Shown here one piece after another: positions 61,451 to 64,000 of a stretch of DNA of 64,000 nt (position 1 is the first letter of the stretch; every line of letters starts with the position of its first letter). The notes under the pieces were generated by a model. The model saw only the letters and a program-made list of their open reading frames with translations. It was not told where the DNA came from and did not search any database. Origin of the DNA: Carcharhinus amblyrhynchos (Eukaryota); NCBI GenBank assembly GCA_965287045.1, contig OZ336876.1:8184001-8248000 (forward strand). The letters run 5' to 3'. Both the position numbers and the translations under genes were made by a program.

Positions 61451-62451
61451 GCATCACAGCTTTGAGCTCTCTTGCTCTCTTGTGCAAGCTCTCTTGCACA
61501 ATAGCTTACCCCTTTAAATTAAACCTTTGGAAGATACTTAAAATCAAATTACATCAATTGCTCTAGGGCCTTCCCTGGTCAAGATGAAAAGTGCAAGATG
61601 AAAAACTTCGACAAAATTTCTTTTTTCAGTAATACATAAGTCCTGTACTTCCAAATGATTATTGGATAATGGTTATTGAGTTATTTTTCTGTTTAGGTTT
61701 TAAAAAAAGCCCACCTTCATTTATAAGTTGCAGTCATAGATTTTTAAACTGTATATATGGCGAATAAACACTTGATTGTAGATGGTTATATTCTTCCTCA
61801 GATGCAGTTCAAAAGTTCCTTTTTTATTGGATGTTTCATTGCGGGTAGAACTCAAATTTGCATTAACCTAAGTATGCCCCTAGCTGAAGAACTGGCTCCA
61901 TTTTAATTGCAGTGCAGGCAGGGTCAGCAGGAGTGCCTATAAACAGTCCTAACCCGATGTGTTGTGCAGCCGTTTGTTTAAAATGAATTTTTGTGTTTTT
62001 TATGTCCCAGGTGCCTCTAAAAGGGTGAGCTCTTGCAATTGGGGGGTGGGAGAGAGCTGAGTGCAGAAATTTATACCAGTGAAAACTCAAAAATTTCAAG
62101 TTTTTGTTTGTGAATGATGCACAGATTTGGTTACAAAGTTCCAGCACTAGATGTTCCAATTAAGAAGAAATAAGATGGCAGCAAAAAAAACAAACTGCTT
62201 TTGCTTTCCTTTCTTCTCGTAGGTTTTGTTAATAGCAGTGGACTGATTTTTGATGAGTAGTTTCATACACCAGTGATGGTGATTTGGCAGCTTTCATTCA
62301 TGCCGTTACATATTTTTGGGAGTGTGTCATATCCAGAGACGCACTGATTTTTGTTGGCTTCATGATTTGCATATAACACAGCTGAGCGAAAGGATGTGGT
62401 TAATCACAAGCTGAAATTTCACAATGACAAGTCAGTGAATGAGAATTTAGC

Positions 62452-62500
62452 TGTGTGTGTGTATGTGTGTATATATATCATATATGTATATATACACGCA
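62452..62500. repeat. Imperfect (TG)n/(TA)n microsatellite; a similar tract lies at about 62665-62720
   Basis: tgtgtgtgtgtatgtgtgtatatatatcatatatgtatatata. Confidence 0.7.
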
Positions 62501-63121
62501 TATTGGAACAGGTTCAAGGTACACAGTATTCTTTGCATGTCTGTTAGAGAATGTATAAAGACTAGGTTCTCGTGTTCTATCCTTCACCGCTTGGCTATCT
62601 GAATTCCAGATGTGTAATTCCATCATCTCACACTAGAATGCTGACAATGCGTGTACATCAATAGGTGTGTATATGTGTTTATATACTTTACTATATAATA
62701 TATGCATATGTATGTGTTGATAGACACATATTAATGTAACAATTAGCTAGATATTCTTTTGGAGTGAAAGTGGTTGTTTAAATGTACTCAAGTGGTTTGG
62801 GTTTTATAAATGGTGTGCAGATGATTTTATTGTCTTGCTTGAAACCTCTCACTATTAGATAAGAGTAGAGAGGATTGTAAAGCAGAATGCATCATGGGGG
62901 CTAGATGACATCATAAGCAGTGAGATGTGTTATGACCTTGAAGCACGGTGTCAGGAAGGGGCTGCATTTCTTCCTGTGGTGCCTTTGTATTTCCTGGTAG
63001 TGTGTGTTATGGCAAACTGTAAAGGATGGCGAAGCCCCAACTGTTGAGTCACACAATTGGATCTATGGTATGTCACTGTAGTTTGCAATGTTGTGTGTTG
63101 GTGATTCTGGTGATTTCCAGT

Positions 63122-63424
63122 GGACAGCATGGTGGCACAGTGGTTAGCACAGCTGCCTCACAGCACCAGGGACCCGGCTTCAATTGCCCGCTTGAGTCAT
63201 TGTCTATGTGGAGTCTGCACATTCTCCCCTTTTCTGCTTGGGTTTCCTCTGGTTGCTCCGGTTTCCTCCCACAGTCCAAAGCTGCGCGGGTTAGGTGGAT
63301 TGGTCATGCTAAATTGCCCTTTAATGTTAGCAGGGGTTATGGGAATAGGCCTGGGTGGGATTGTGGTTGGTGCAGACTCGATGGGCTGAATGGCCTCCTT
63401 TTATTCTGTGGTATTCTATGATTA
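63122..63424 (+). mobile_element. HE1-type V-SINE (tail A)
   Basis: ggacagcatggtggcacagtggttagcac head; attctatgatt tail. Confidence 0.9.
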
Positions 63425-64000
63425 AGGGTAGCAGTGCAGTACATTGCAGGGTTATTGTATGGTTGCACAGAATGGTTGGAGACTTCTTATCTCCTTTCTG
63501 TCTTCCTCTCCCCTGCTCTTCTGCTGAATTTCCAGTTTCAGTCATGCTGCAGTGGAGAGTTAGTATAAAGACCTACAAAAACCCAGGGAGCTTACTGACT
63601 GCAGTTTGATGGGTGGAAGCCAGCCAGGTCTTTGGAGGAAGTGAAGAGATTTGTGTCCTTTGCCCTTGTGCTTCTATAAGTCTTTGCAGGCTCATTGGAA
63701 CACAGTTGGTGCAGACTATCTGGTTTAGTGTGAATCACGCAGACCAGATTGGGGTTGTTATTCCAGACATGTGCTGTGTCATCACCTCTTAGACTGGTAC
63801 TGTTCCAGTTTCTGAGGTTCCAGTTAGGCACCATGCTGCTGGCTGAGGGAAGGGATAAATACGCCAGGCTTCCTGGATAACAATCCACTGATTGCTATCC
63901 AGTGACCTCTGTTGGTTAATATGTGCTGACATTGGATGAGAGGCTGGATTGAGGGTGGTTGTAATGCTCTCAGCAGTCACTAAGCTGACCAGAAACTTGC

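Noticed and set aside
63590-64000. Possible LINE remnant at the window end
   Set aside because: Only a vague VWNN motif; not enough to call.

Overview
Vertebrate (elasmobranch/shark-type) genomic DNA, judged from the abundant HE1-type V-SINEs, Deu-domain SINEs, and CR1, Rex1 and Penelope retroelements. The window holds the 5' part of an ARID4B gene on the + strand. It comprises a CpG-island promoter at about 14.4-15.4 kb, a non-coding first exon, exon 2 (20107-20159, ending ATG AAG = Met-Lys) and exon 3 (39884-39994, [38 protein letters not shown]-terminal Tudor region). I did not find exon 4. The promoter looks bidirectional (two ZNF143-type ACTACAnnTCCC motifs, NRF1, ETS and CCAAT motifs, and a minus-strand splice donor). 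By synteny with human the divergent gene is probably GGPS1, but I found no coding exon for it. The rest is repeat-rich intron. Most notable: minimal hammerhead ribozymes in Penelope ends, a 106-bp hairpin mini-Penelope with a 13-bp TSD, an inverted LINE+flank duplication resembling a 3' transduction that brackets exon 3, HE1 SINEs with two alternative LINE-like tails, a nested palindromic CR1 5' junction, a fossil Gypsy element and two C-rich minisatellites in intron 1. Nearly all ORFs in the supplied track are spurious or come from repeats. Repeat boundaries were read by eye and are approximate.
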